From Dehalococcoidia bacterium (GTDB taxonomy: Bacteria > Chloroflexota > Dehalococcoidia > Lucifugimonadales > Australimonadaceae), in the NCBI GenBank assembly GCA_965248455.1, contig OZ252105.1, positions 2,603,193 to 2,667,192 on the forward strand: a stretch of 64,000 bases of DNA, written 5' to 3'. Below the pieces are notes generated by a model that saw nothing but the letters and a program-made list of their open reading frames with translations, was not told the DNA's origin and searched no databases. Below are positions 39,095 to 49,044 of this stretch, piece by piece (the stretch's first letter is position 1; each line of letters begins with the position of its first letter). Position numbers and translations under genes: made by a program.

Positions 39095-39325
39095 GTGACA
39101 GAATCGAAGAAGTACGTCCTGAGCGGCCCAAACGGGGCTGACGTGTTCCGCAACCTACCGGAAGGGACGAAGGTCACCACCATATACGGGGCCGCCGGGG
39201 AGATTACGGCGAACCCGCGCGATGGCGCATATGTGCTCGTGCGGTTCTCGGAGCACCAGAATCCGGCCCTGGTGGGCGAGGAGGAGTACGTCTTCTTCAA
39301 CGAGGTCCGTGAGGCCACGGAGTAG
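39095..39325 (+). CDS. Small hypothetical protein between the alpha and beta subunits
   Basis: GAGGAG RBS plus GTG; operonic position. Confidence 0.7.
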   Translation: MTESKKYVLSGPNGADVFRNLPEGTKVTTIYGAAGEITANPRDGAYVLVRFSEHQNPALVGEEEYVFFNEVREATE

Positions 39326-39400
39326 GGCAGCAGAGCGGACGTTCTGTGAGCGCCGTCGTGCGGGCGTACGGCGGTGCTCGTTCATCTGAGGAGGAGAGCG

Positions 39401-39946
39401 ATGGTTGAGATTTCGAGCGCACTCCAGCAGACGTTGGCAGGAGTGGTTCTTCAGCACGAGGTGGAACAGTTCTTGTACAGAGAGGCGCGCCTGCTCGACG
39501 AGCGGAGGCACGAAGAGTGGCTCGACCTGCTGGCCGAAGACCTCCATTACTGGATGCCCATGCGCCGCAATATCAAGTTCGGCGACTGGGACATGGAATT
39601 TACCGATGTCGACACCGAGATTAATTGGTTCGACGAGGAGAAAGACATCCTTGCCGGACGTATCCGGCAGCTGAAGACGGGCATCCACTGGCCCGAAGAG
39701 CCGGTCTCCCGGTTCGAGCATCTCATCTCCAACGTGGAGGTCGTGGGAGCAGAGGGGGACGAGGTAAGAGTCAACAGCAAGTTCTTCTGCTACCAGAACC
39801 GCCTTCAGGACGAGGTGAACCATTTCGTGGGAAGGCGGGAGGATCTGCTGCGGCGGAACCCGGATACCAGATTCAAGCTCGTGAGGCGAAAGATCATCCT
39901 GGCCCAGAGCGTCATGCTCCCCAAGGTGCTCAACACGTTCCTCTAG
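39401..39946 (+). CDS. Ring-hydroxylating oxygenase beta subunit
   Basis: VEQFLYREARLLD...WLDL...YWMP, WPEEP.SR..HLISNV, GRREDLLR. Confidence 0.93.
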   Translation: MVEISSALQQTLAGVVLQHEVEQFLYREARLLDERRHEEWLDLLAEDLHYWMPMRRNIKFGDWDMEFTDVDTEINWFDEEKDILAGRIRQLKTGIHWPEEPVSRFEHLISNVEVVGAEGDEVRVNSKFFCYQNRLQDEVNHFVGRREDLLRRNPDTRFKLVRRKIILAQSVMLPKVLNTFL

Positions 39947-40066
39947 CGGGGAATCTCAGGGTGAGGGTAGTGGGGGTGTTTCCCCAAGCGTTTTGAGCGG
40001 GAGGTGGGAAGAACCACCTCCGTCAGGCACGGTGACGCAGAAGTCTCCTGGCAAGGAGAGACGACC

Positions 40067-40411
40067 ATGGTCGCAAGGATAGAGTGGAGAACCAAAGGCA
40101 AAGGCGACGACGCACTGCTGTACGTCGGTGAGTTCGGCGAGGACAGCAACACCGTGTTGCGGACGTGGGGCGCCGACTCTGCCCTGCTGACGGATTTCCT
40201 GAACGACATGGAGACTCTGGACACGGTGGTTGTCCGCTTGGAGGTCGATGCGGATCAGCGCGACCCTGAGCAGTGGGGCAAACTCGTGCTCTCGCGCGGG
40301 CGGGGCGGCGAAGTGCTGCACGTCGACCCTGAACCGTACTGGGACGGCATCTACTACTGGTTCCGCTCCCGCGGCATCGACCCGCACAAGTGGCGCGGGA
40401 AAGCCCGGTAA
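40067..40411 (+). CDS. Hypothetical protein
   Basis: AAGGAG RBS before ATG 40067; typical codon usage. Confidence 0.65.
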   Translation: MVARIEWRTKGKGDDALLYVGEFGEDSNTVLRTWGADSALLTDFLNDMETLDTVVVRLEVDADQRDPEQWGKLVLSRGRGGEVLHVDPEPYWDGIYYWFRSRGIDPHKWRGKAR

Positions 40412-40545
40412 GCAAGGGCGCGGGGCGCCTTGGCATTGGCCCCCCTTCGGATCACCTCCAACCTCGGTTATGCAATCGCCCTCCCCCGGATACGGGTAGA
40501 GGGCGATTGCGAGTCGTCTCACAGTCGGCGCACCGCTTGCGCGGC

Positions 40546-41676
40546 TTAGACTCTGGCGGGAGATTCCACCTTGTAGAACCGGGCGCAGTTGTCCCACAGG
40601 ATCTTGCGCTTGTCGGAATCAGGGATGTCGAGCTCCATGAACGCGTCGACGGCCTCGGGGTAGCGGGAGTCGCCGTGCGGGTAGTCCGTCGAGAAGACGA
40701 TCTGGTCGCTGCCGATGTAGTCGAGGGCGTACTTCGCCGGTATCTCGTCGGGCTCGATGGAGACCCAGCACTGACGCTTGAACAGCTCAGTCGGGGATAC
40801 CGTCAACTCCGGCATGTAGGCATCGAGCTCGCGCTCGTGCGCCTCCTCCACCCGCCACAGCAGCCACGGCAGCCACGCGCAGTTGGCCTCGAGGAAGGCC
40901 ACCCGCAGATCCGGGTGACGCTCCAGGATGCCTCCGCCGATGAAACTGCCCATGCCCATCATCTGCTCGAATGGCTGAGCGTACACACGCCGTAACATGA
41001 AATTGTCGAAATGCTCCGCCGCCTGCTGGGAGAGTGAGCCTGAGGCCTCGTGGAAACCGATGGGAACATCGAGCTCGCTCAGGACATCCCACAGCGGCTC
41101 GAAGTACGGGTCGTGCCAGTTCTTGCCCGTGACGACGTTGGAGCGGACGAAGACGGCCTTGAAGCCCAGCTCCTGCACCGAACGCCTCACCTCGGCGACG
41201 GCGTCGTTGATGTCAAAGACGGAGATCATCCCCGCGCCGAACATCCGGTTGGGGTCGAGCGCGCAGAAGTCGTACATCCAATCGTTGTAGGCGCGCGCAA
41301 TCGCCGCGGCGAAGCCCGGATCCAGGTTAGGGCGCGTCAGGACGCTCAACCCACGGCTGGGGAACATGACCGCAACGTCGATGCCTTCCATCTCCATCGC
41401 TTCCATCTGACAGGACGAGTCCCATCCGCGCTGGGAGTGATCGAGGTAGAGCACCTGGTTCTTCTCGTAGTTGTGGCCCTCGCGGTTGATGCCCCGTGCG
41501 CCACGGAAATTGTCCGGCATGTCCGGCCAGCGGACACCCAGGTCGCGCACGTTCTCCGATGTGGTGCCGATAGGCGCTGCGCTCTTGTAGCGGTCGTCTA
41601 TGTAGCGCTGCCAGAGGTCCGGCGGCTCCATGATGTGCATATCGCTATCGAATACGAGGAAGCCGTCCTTTGCCAT
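40546..41676 (-). CDS. Amidohydrolase-2 family protein
   Basis: DSDMHIMEP, RAYNDW, GFHE, FLEAN, FSTDYPH. Confidence 0.92.
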   Translation of the reverse strand: MAKDGFLVFDSDMHIMEPPDLWQRYIDDRYKSAAPIGTTSENVRDLGVRWPDMPDNFRGARGINREGHNYEKNQVLYLDHSQRGWDSSCQMEAMEMEGIDVAVMFPSRGLSVLTRPNLDPGFAAAIARAYNDWMYDFCALDPNRMFGAGMISVFDINDAVAEVRRSVQELGFKAVFVRSNVVTGKNWHDPYFEPLWDVLSELDVPIGFHEASGSLSQQAAEHFDNFMLRRVYAQPFEQMMGMGSFIGGGILERHPDLRVAFLEANCAWLPWLLWRVEEAHERELDAYMPELTVSPTELFKRQCWVSIEPDEIPAKYALDYIGSDQIVFSTDYPHGDSRYPEAVDAFMELDIPDSDKRKILWDNCARFYKVESPARV

Positions 41677-41879
41677 CGTTGTTCCTCCCGTATGGGTTTG
41701 TTCTGGGGCGCATCATACTCCGCCTCGCGGCGGCGCGCAGCATCAGTGCAACGGGGCAGTCATCACAGCCTCGACACAAGAGGACGACGCAGGGAGCAAA
41801 CGACCCGGGAAGACCCCACGAGGGGGCACACGGGCAGTTAACGTCCCTGCGCTTGAGCGACCGTCGGCGTCTCCGCCCC

Positions 41880-43181
41880 TTAGGAGCGATTGCTTGCGAT
41901 GACCTCTTCCGCGTGACCGGCCCAGGTAGAGAGCACATCCTGGATGTCTCCCTTGAGTTGGTCGCTCTCGCCGGCCTGCGCAGTGAAGTAGACCGACATC
42001 CGGCTTACCTCCTGAAGCGATGGCCAGCGTTCCAGCGGGAGTTCGATGCTGGCGTTCTTCGCGGGGTCGCGGATGACGTTTATCGGGTCGCCCCCGTCCT
42101 CCACGATCTTCATCTGATCCATGAGCTGCTTGCGGAGCATGATGACGCCCCGATCGGACTCCCCCAGCTTTTCGAGGACGCGGTCTGCGTTCGGCCCCTG
42201 GGTGATCCACGCGACGAAATCCTGATGGTTGACCAGGTCGGGAATCAGGGTGCCGTTCTGGTTGTACAGAGGCACGATGAAGTGCGGCACCTTCTCCTGC
42301 TTGGGCAGGTTCGTCCCCGGCGCGGCCTTGTAGAAGAACCAAGTGATGTGCAGCGTCGTCGTGTCGTCCACCGGCGTGCGGTACTGGAAGTTGCACTTCA
42401 CACCGTCGCCCACGAACAGAATGTTCGGGAAGAGCGCGGGGTGGCCCACCTTCCAATCGTGGTCTTCCTCTGTGGTGCCCTCGACGACCCGGCGCTTGAT
42501 GATGCCGTGCTCGAACTCGGTGAAGCCGATCTTCTTGTGGTTGCGCGGGATGATGGGGCTCAGATCCGCCTCCCCGCCGAGCGCAACAGCCTTCTCTCGC
42601 TGCTGGGCAACGCCCCAGTACCCGTGAAGCCATTCGAGATGGACAGGGTCATGGGAGTTCTCCTGGCACTGCAGCCAGTTGCACGGCAACTCAGCGATCC
42701 CGATGTCCGAGTAGCCGTTCTCGTAGGTGAAGGGCTCCCACATGGGGATGAGCGGAGCGGGAGTCGGCCCCATGTACGCCCACAGCATGCCGCCGAGTTC
42801 CTGCACAGGATAACCGGCGATCTTCACCTTCTCCTTGAAACGTCCGTCAGGGTGGACGGTCTCCTCGAAGGGCTGCTCGATGCACTGGCCGGTCTCGTCC
42901 ATCATCCAACCGTGGTACATGCAGCGCAGGCCGTGCTCCTCCGGTATGCCGTAGGAAAGATCGACGCGGCGATGGGGGCAGGCGCGTTCGATGAGTCCGA
43001 GCGTACCGGACTTGTCGCGGTAGAGGACGAGGTCCTCCCCGAGCAGGCGCACGGCCTTGGTGGGGCGCTCGTCGAGCTCGGTGGCTGCGGCGAATGGATG
43101 CCAGTAGCGGCGCATCAACTCGCCCACCGGCGTGCCGGCCCCGACCTGCGTCAGTCGTTCGTTGTCTTGTACGGAGAGCAT
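41880..43181 (-). CDS. Rieske oxygenase, LigXa/phthalate-dioxygenase-like (alpha-only type)
   Basis: GELMRRYWHP, CPHRR..CMYHGW, CNWLQCQENSHDPVHLEWLH, NHQDFVAWITQG. Confidence 0.9.
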   Translation of the reverse strand: MLSVQDNERLTQVGAGTPVGELMRRYWHPFAAATELDERPTKAVRLLGEDLVLYRDKSGTLGLIERACPHRRVDLSYGIPEEHGLRCMYHGWMMDETGQCIEQPFEETVHPDGRFKEKVKIAGYPVQELGGMLWAYMGPTPAPLIPMWEPFTYENGYSDIGIAELPCNWLQCQENSHDPVHLEWLHGYWGVAQQREKAVALGGEADLSPIIPRNHKKIGFTEFEHGIIKRRVVEGTTEEDHDWKVGHPALFPNILFVGDGVKCNFQYRTPVDDTTTLHITWFFYKAAPGTNLPKQEKVPHFIVPLYNQNGTLIPDLVNHQDFVAWITQGPNADRVLEKLGESDRGVIMLRKQLMDQMKIVEDGGDPINVIRDPAKNASIELPLERWPSLQEVSRMSVYFTAQAGESDQLKGDIQDVLSTWAGHAEEVIASNRS

Positions 43182-43371
43182 AAGGCAATCCTCCCTGGAA
43201 CCTGTTGGCCGCATTGTAGCACTACGCCCATGCTGCTCAACTACATGGATGCGGGGTAGGGGAAGGGATGGACATCCGGCGACGGATGGCGGCCGACCCT
43301 ACTCGACGTTAGATTAGCGTACCCGACCATGGAGACGTGCCTGCGGCATTGTGAGCGCGCAGCAGGAAGAC

Positions 43372-43525
43372 TTACCGGACGTAGCCATCGGGCAGACCGG
43401 TCACCGTCGCACTGGAACCGGCGAAGGAGATGCTGATGCCGTTCACTGGCCCCTCAGCCGACAACTCCGCCCAACTGTTGTCCATCAAGAACCGTACCTC
43501 GTATGACTCTACGTCAGGCTGGTAT
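43372..43525 (-). pseudogene. Possible FN3-like surface-protein relic
   Basis: SYEVRF..W.EL..GISISFAGSSATVTGLP; short and isolated. Confidence 0.35.
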
Positions 43526-43674
43526 TTCCTATGGATTGCAACCTTGCAAAGTTCCATTACGGAGATATGACGAACGACGAAACATCTACGACTGCGGGCC
43601 GGAACGCGCAGCGCCTCCGGGGGTACTGGCCACCGGGTTGTAAGAGGCGTCGTTGCAAGGTAGGGGCAGGCGTC

Positions 43675-45303
43675 TTACGTGAACGTTCCGAAGACGCCGC
43701 GCAGGGCGGAGCAGACATCCCCCAACGTAGCGTAAGACTCGACGCACTCGATGATGGGCGGCATGAGGTTTGCGTCGGTCTGCGCGGCCTCGGAGAGGCG
43801 GTGGATGGCAGCCTCACTTGCCGAGGAGTCGCGCTCGTTCCGCACCCGTTGCAGCCGGTCGAGCTGACGCTGGGCCGCCTCCGGTGGGATGGTCTGCAGA
43901 CGTATACGCTCCTCGGCGCCGGACTCGAAAGCGTTGACGCCGACGATAACGCGCTCGCCGCTCTCCACCAGCTTCAGGTGGCGGTAGGCGGCATCCTCTA
44001 TCTCGTCGCGCTGGAAACCGGCCTCGATGGCGGCAACTGCTCCGCCCATCGCGTCTATGCGCTCGATGTAACCGGCCGCTGCCCGTTCGAGCGCAGCGGT
44101 CAGCTCCTCCACGTAGTACGATCCGCCCAGCGGATCAACCGTCTCGGCCACCCCGGACTCGTTGGCGAGCACCTGCTGCGTGCGCAGCGCGAGCGTCGCG
44201 GACTCCTCCGTCGGCAGGCCGAGCGCCTCGTCCCGCGAGTTGACGTGCAGCGACTGCGTCCCGCCGAGCACGGCGGCGAGCCCCTGAATGGTCGCGCGGA
44301 TGACGTTCACGTCGGGCTGCTGCGCCTGGAGCGTCACACCGGCGGTCTGCGTATGGAATCGCAGCATCCACGAGCGCGGATCCTTCGCCCCGAATCGGTC
44401 GCGCATGATGTGCGCCCACATTCGGCGCGCCGCTCTGAACTTCGCCGCCTCCTCGAAGAGGTTGTTGTGCGATGCGAAGAAGAACGACAACCTGCCCGCG
44501 AAATCATCCACGTTGAGGCCGGCATCCACCGCCGCCTGCACGTACGCTATGCCGTTGGCGAGCGTAAACGCGATCTCCTGCGGAGCGGTCGAGCCGGCCT
44601 CGCGCATGTGATACCCGCTGATGCTGATTGAGTTCCATCGCGGAACGTCCGAGGCGCAGAACGCGAACATGTCCGTCGCGAGGCGGAGCGACGGCCCGGG
44701 CGGGAAGATGTGCGTACCCCGCGCGATGTACTCCTTCAGCACATCGTTCTGCGTCGTGCCGCCGACCTCCCCGAACGCGACGCCCTGCTTGCGCGCCACG
44801 CTGAGGTAGAGCGCGAGCAGCATCGGCGCGGTGGAGTTGATCGTCATGGACGTGGTGATGTCGCCCAGCGGTATCCCGTCGAACAGCACCTCCATATCCG
44901 CGAGGCTGGATATGGGGACGCCCACCTTGCCTATCTCAGGACGCGCCATCTCGTGGTCGGCGTCGTAGCCGGTCTGCGTTGGCAGGTCGAACGCGACGGA
45001 GAGGCCCGTCTGCCCCTGCGACAGCAGGAAGCGGTAGCGCGCGTTGGAGTCCTCCGGCGTCGAGAAGCCTGCGTACTGGCGCATCGTCCAGAGACGTCCG
45101 CGGTACATGGAGGGCTGCACCCCTCGCGTGAACGGAAACTCCCCCGGCTGCCCCAGCGGTTCCGCATCCTGCGCGTCCGGCCCATACAGCGGCCCCACCT
45201 CCAGATCAGACTCCGTCAGGAAGGAAGGCTTCCGCTCAGGAAAGCGGCGCACTGCGGGCTGATAGGTCTCTCGCTGCCAGCGTTCGTGGTTGGCGTCGGT
45301 CAT
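43675..45303 (-). CDS. Methylmalonyl-CoA mutase family, substrate-binding (large) subunit without B12 domain
   Basis: [54 protein letters not shown]. Confidence 0.93.
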   Translation of the reverse strand: MTDANHERWQRETYQPAVRRFPERKPSFLTESDLEVGPLYGPDAQDAEPLGQPGEFPFTRGVQPSMYRGRLWTMRQYAGFSTPEDSNARYRFLLSQGQTGLSVAFDLPTQTGYDADHEMARPEIGKVGVPISSLADMEVLFDGIPLGDITTSMTINSTAPMLLALYLSVARKQGVAFGEVGGTTQNDVLKEYIARGTHIFPPGPSLRLATDMFAFCASDVPRWNSISISGYHMREAGSTAPQEIAFTLANGIAYVQAAVDAGLNVDDFAGRLSFFFASHNNLFEEAAKFRAARRMWAHIMRDRFGAKDPRSWMLRFHTQTAGVTLQAQQPDVNVIRATIQGLAAVLGGTQSLHVNSRDEALGLPTEESATLALRTQQVLANESGVAETVDPLGGSYYVEELTAALERAAAGYIERIDAMGGAVAAIEAGFQRDEIEDAAYRHLKLVESGERVIVGVNAFESGAEERIRLQTIPPEAAQRQLDRLQRVRNERDSSASEAAIHRLSEAAQTDANLMPPIIECVESYATLGDVCSALRGVFGTFT

Positions 45304-45378
45304 GGGCGTAGTGTACAGGGTGGGGGAGGGACGATGGTGTAGGATGGCGCAAGCATTGCCATCTGGAGGACTATTGCC

Positions 45379-46346
45379 GTGTTGGACGAGTTGGTGCAGA
45401 CCATTGAGGTGCTGAGGGAGCGCGTAAGCAGATATAGCAGTGATCTGAGCAAGAATGAAATCCGCACGCGTGCCGTGCTGATAGACCCGATGCTAAAGGC
45501 GCTTGGGTGGGATGTAGCTGACCCGGTGGTGGTAACAGTGGAGTATGAAGTGCCCCCGGGGCGTGCAGACTATGGACTGAGGAGAGGCTTGGACAACCCT
45601 CCAGCTATCTTAATCGAGGCCAAGAAACTCAACGAGCCATTGGATTCTCATATTGGGCAGTTGTTGAATTACGCTCTAGTGAGGGGGGTTCGCTACGGTT
45701 GCCTCACCGACGGGAATGTTTGGGAGGTCTACGATGTGTTCAATCAAGTCCCACTGGAGGAGAAAAAATACTGAGTGTGACTATCACCGATGGAAATTCA
45801 ACAAAAGTTGCGTTAGCTATGCTTGGCCTCTGGCAGCCCAGCCTAGAGGATGGCAGTTTCGTTAGACCCGTCGAACCCTTCATTGACATCGCTCCCCCGC
45901 CACCCCCACCCACGGGATGGACTCCCCTTACTGGCGATTTCCCTATCAGAGGTAAGAGTGCGGGAGCAACATTGAAGCTTGCTCCCAAGGCAATCAGGTT
46001 CCCGGATGGAGAAGAGAAGCGGATATGGGCATGGATACACGTCCTCAGGGAAACGGGGCTATGGCTGACCCATTCGTCATGGTTAACCCCTGAAAACTGC
46101 CAAATCATAAGAGATAAAGGGAACTGGTACATCTTTAATACCGAATCTAAGCATCCTAATGGAATGGCGTTCGGAGAAGCGAGTCCCTTAGGCGATACTG
46201 GCATCGTCATGGAAAAGAATTTTGGAGGAGAAGAGGCCATCGAGTGCGCTAAGCAGGTGCTCCTCCAATTCGACCAAGACCCCTCGAAGGTGCTCCTACG
46301 CCTCCGTAGTCCGCGAATAGACCCCCCCCCCCCCCCCCCGCAATGA
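45379..46346 (+). pseudogene. HsdR_N-like restriction nuclease fused to a putative DNA-recognition domain; frameshift at A6 (45763-45768)
   Basis: NE..TR..LIDP.LKALGWD..VEY..RADY..IEAK..QL..Y..LTDG..W; continues in ORF 45699-46346; lower GC than the flanks. Confidence 0.75.
46322..46339. repeat. C18 homopolymer
   Basis: Directly visible at the 3' end of the nuclease gene. Confidence 0.9.
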
Positions 46347-46358
46347 AGGAGGCCACTG

Positions 46359-46700
46359 ATGATCTACGAGATGCGCACCTACGAAGCGATGCCTGGCAAG
46401 CTGCGCCCGCTGGTACGGCGATTCGGTGAGATTACCCACGCGATGTTCCTGCAGTACGGGTTTCGCCCCGTCGGCTACTGGACAGAGGCGATAGGCGACA
46501 ACACGAAGCTCCACTACATGCTTGCCTGGGAAGACGACGCCGAGCGCGTGTCGAAGTGGGCAACGTTCATCGAGGCTCCGGAGCGCATCGCCGCGTTCGC
46601 CGAGACGGAGCGCGATGGCCTGCTTGTCGCGAGGATCACCAGCGCCATCTGGCAGATAACGGACTTCTCGCCGAACCCCGTGCAGCCTGAACTCCGTTGA
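46359..46700 (+). CDS. NIPSNAP family protein (copy 1)
   Basis: MIYEMRTY...GYWTE...YMLAWED..ER..W..F. Confidence 0.88.
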   Translation: MIYEMRTYEAMPGKLRPLVRRFGEITHAMFLQYGFRPVGYWTEAIGDNTKLHYMLAWEDDAERVSKWATFIEAPERIAAFAETERDGLLVARITSAIWQITDFSPNPVQPELR

Positions 46701-46795
46701 ACCGGACGACAACCCCTCGAACGGCGCCCTGCCTTCCGTAGCCCCAACGCGCCCATCGGGTAGAATCGCCCCACGGACGTGAGGGCCGCCAGCCT

Positions 46796-47839
46796 ATGAC
46801 AGAACGCATCGTCTCAGGAATCGTGCGCGACGAGGACAGCAGCACCGAGGGAGGGCTGCGGCCTCGCACGATCGCCGACTACATCGGTCAGGAGCGCGTC
46901 AAGGAGACGCTCACCATCTCCATGGACGCCGCCAGGCAGCGCGGCGAGCCGCTCGACCACGTGCTGCTGTACGGCCCGCCCGGCCTCGGCAAAACGACGC
47001 TCGCCACCATCATCGCGGGCGAGATGAGCGCGCCCATCCGCGTTACCGCAGGCCCCGCGATCGAACGTCCCGGCGACATGGCCTCCCTTCTCACGCAGCT
47101 CAAGGCGGGCGACCTGCTCTTCATCGACGAGATCCACCGGCTCAGCAAGGTCGTGGAAGAGATCCTCTATCCCGCCATGGAGGACTACTCCCTGTCCTGG
47201 GTGATGGGCAAAGGCCTGCAGGCGCAGAGCCTCAACCTCAAGGTCGAACCGTTCACGCTCGTTGGAGCCACGACGCGCTACTCGATGCTCAGCGCCCCGC
47301 TGCGCGACCGTTTCGGCGCGGTATACCGCCTCGATTACTACGATGTCACCGCCATGCAGGCGATCGTCAAACGCTCCGCCGGCATCATGAAACTCCCCAT
47401 AGACGACGGCGGCGTCGAGGAGATTGCAAAGCGAGCGCGCGGCACGCCCCGAGTCGCGAACCGTCTGCTGCGCCGCGTTCGCGATTTCGCGCAGGTGCGC
47501 GCCGACGGCAACGTTACGCGCAAGGTCGCATCGCAGGCGCTCGGCATCCTGGAAGTAGACGCCATCGGCCTCGACGAGGTGGACCATCGCCTTCTGCGTA
47601 CCGTCGCGGAGAAGTACAGCGGCGGCCCCGTGGGGCTCGATACGCTCGCAGCGTCGGTGGGGGAGGAGGCCGATACCATCATGGACGTCTACGAGCCCTA
47701 CCTGATGCAGCTGGGCTTCCTGAACCGCACCCCGCGAGGCAGAGTGCTGACACGCGCCGCGTACGATCATCTGGGCATTGCGCCGCCCACCCGGCTCGGC
47801 GTCAACCATCCCACCCTCTGGGACACTCCCGCTCAGTGA
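46796..47839 (+). CDS. ruvB: Holliday junction branch-migration ATPase RuvB
   Basis: [60 protein letters not shown]. Confidence 0.97.
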   Translation: MTERIVSGIVRDEDSSTEGGLRPRTIADYIGQERVKETLTISMDAARQRGEPLDHVLLYGPPGLGKTTLATIIAGEMSAPIRVTAGPAIERPGDMASLLTQLKAGDLLFIDEIHRLSKVVEEILYPAMEDYSLSWVMGKGLQAQSLNLKVEPFTLVGATTRYSMLSAPLRDRFGAVYRLDYYDVTAMQAIVKRSAGIMKLPIDDGGVEEIAKRARGTPRVANRLLRRVRDFAQVRADGNVTRKVASQALGILEVDAIGLDEVDHRLLRTVAEKYSGGPVGLDTLAASVGEEADTIMDVYEPYLMQLGFLNRTPRGRVLTRAAYDHLGIAPPTRLGVNHPTLWDTPAQ

Positions 47840-48477
47840 CCGCGTTGCGAGCGGCGGCCTGCGCCGTACTGCTGCTGTTGACCGCCGCCTGCGCGAACGG
47901 AACGCCTCCCGCGCCGACGCTGCCGCCCCCTACGCCTACGCCTGCGCTCGTTCCTATGCCGACTGCCGCGATTGCCCCTACGCCAACGCCAACGCTCGCT
48001 CCTACCCCAACGCCAGTGCTTCCTACGCCTACGCTCATGCCCACGCCGACTGCGACGCTTGCCCCCACGCTGACGCCGACGCCTCGTTCAAGGCTTGCCG
48101 AGGCCGAGGTGACCGTCGCGGGCGTTACGTTCATCGTCGAGGTCGTCGATACGCCGGAGGCGCGCACGACGGGCCTCAGCGGACGCGATTCGTTAGGACC
48201 CGACCGTGGCATGTGGTTCGACATGGACAGAACGGCTCCCGTAAGTTTCTGGATGCGCGGGATGGAGTTCCCCATCGACATCATCTGGGTATCGGAGAGC
48301 CTGCGGGTTACGGGAATGGTAGCGCGCGCGCCTCCCCCGGCGCTGGGCATGCTGACAGCGGACCTGCCTGTCTACTCATCAGGCGGCGATGTTCGCTACG
48401 TGCTCGAGATCAACGCGGGGCTCGCCGAGGAGTTGGGCATACGCCCAGGGGACGAGGTAACGGTCGTGCCTCGCTAG
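47836..48477 (+). CDS. DUF192-family lipoprotein with Pro-Thr linker
   Basis: LTAAC lipobox; [34 protein letters not shown]. Confidence 0.85.
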   Translation: MTALRAAACAVLLLLTAACANGTPPAPTLPPPTPTPALVPMPTAAIAPTPTPTLAPTPTPVLPTPTLMPTPTATLAPTLTPTPRSRLAEAEVTVAGVTFIVEVVDTPEARTTGLSGRDSLGPDRGMWFDMDRTAPVSFWMRGMEFPIDIIWVSESLRVTGMVARAPPPALGMLTADLPVYSSGGDVRYVLEINAGLAEELGIRPGDEVTVVPR

Positions 48478-48509
48478 CTGGGATACACTACGAGAACGAG
48501 GAGGTCGCA

Positions 48510-48845
48510 ATGATCTACGAGATGCGCACCTACGAAGCGATGACCGGCAAGCTGCGCCCACTGGTGAAGCGGTTCGCCGACACGACTCACGGGATGTTCC
48601 TGAAGTACGGCTTCCGCCCCGTCGGCTACTGGACGGAGGCGATAGGCGACAACACGAAGTTCCACTACATGCTCGCCTGGGAAGACGACGCCGAGCGGCT
48701 GGCCAAGTGGGCTGCGTTCCGCGAGGACCCGGAGCGCACCGCCGCGTTCGCCGAGACGGAGCGCGACGGCCCGCTCGTCGCCAGGATCACCAACGCCATC
48801 TGGCAAGCGACCCCCTTCTCCCCCGAGCTTCCGGCAAAGTCGTAG
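48510..48845 (+). CDS. NIPSNAP family protein (copy 2)
   Basis: GAGGAGG RBS; close paralog of 46359-46700. Confidence 0.88.
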   Translation: MIYEMRTYEAMTGKLRPLVKRFADTTHGMFLKYGFRPVGYWTEAIGDNTKFHYMLAWEDDAERLAKWAAFREDPERTAAFAETERDGPLVARITNAIWQATPFSPELPAKS

Positions 48846-48870
48846 TGCGGTAGGATTAGTGATGGCGCTT

Positions 48871-48944
48871 TGCCCCGTGGTGCAGTGGTAGCACAGCAGA
48901 CTTTGGATCTGTTGACCTAGGTTCGAGTCCTAGCGGGGCAGCCA
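48871..48944 (+). tRNA. tRNA-Gln (anticodon TTG)
   Basis: Acceptor TGCCCCG/CGGGGCA, anticodon arm GCAGA-CTTTGGA-TCTGT, T-arm CTAGGTTCGAGTCCTAG, encoded CCA. Confidence 0.95.
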
Positions 48945-49044
48945 CGCAGATTGGCCTTCGCCACGGAACGGCTCCTCTGGCATGAGCCTGTAACGAAACG
49001 CGCGATTCCGTAATGCGGTCGCAATGCGGTAAGGTATCAGCGAA

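Noticed and set aside
36347-44631. Long antisense ORFs (e.g. 36347-37657, 41670-43259, 43531-44631; also 31843-33003, 34018-35289)
   Set aside because: Shadow frames of real genes in high-GC DNA, with no recognisable motifs.
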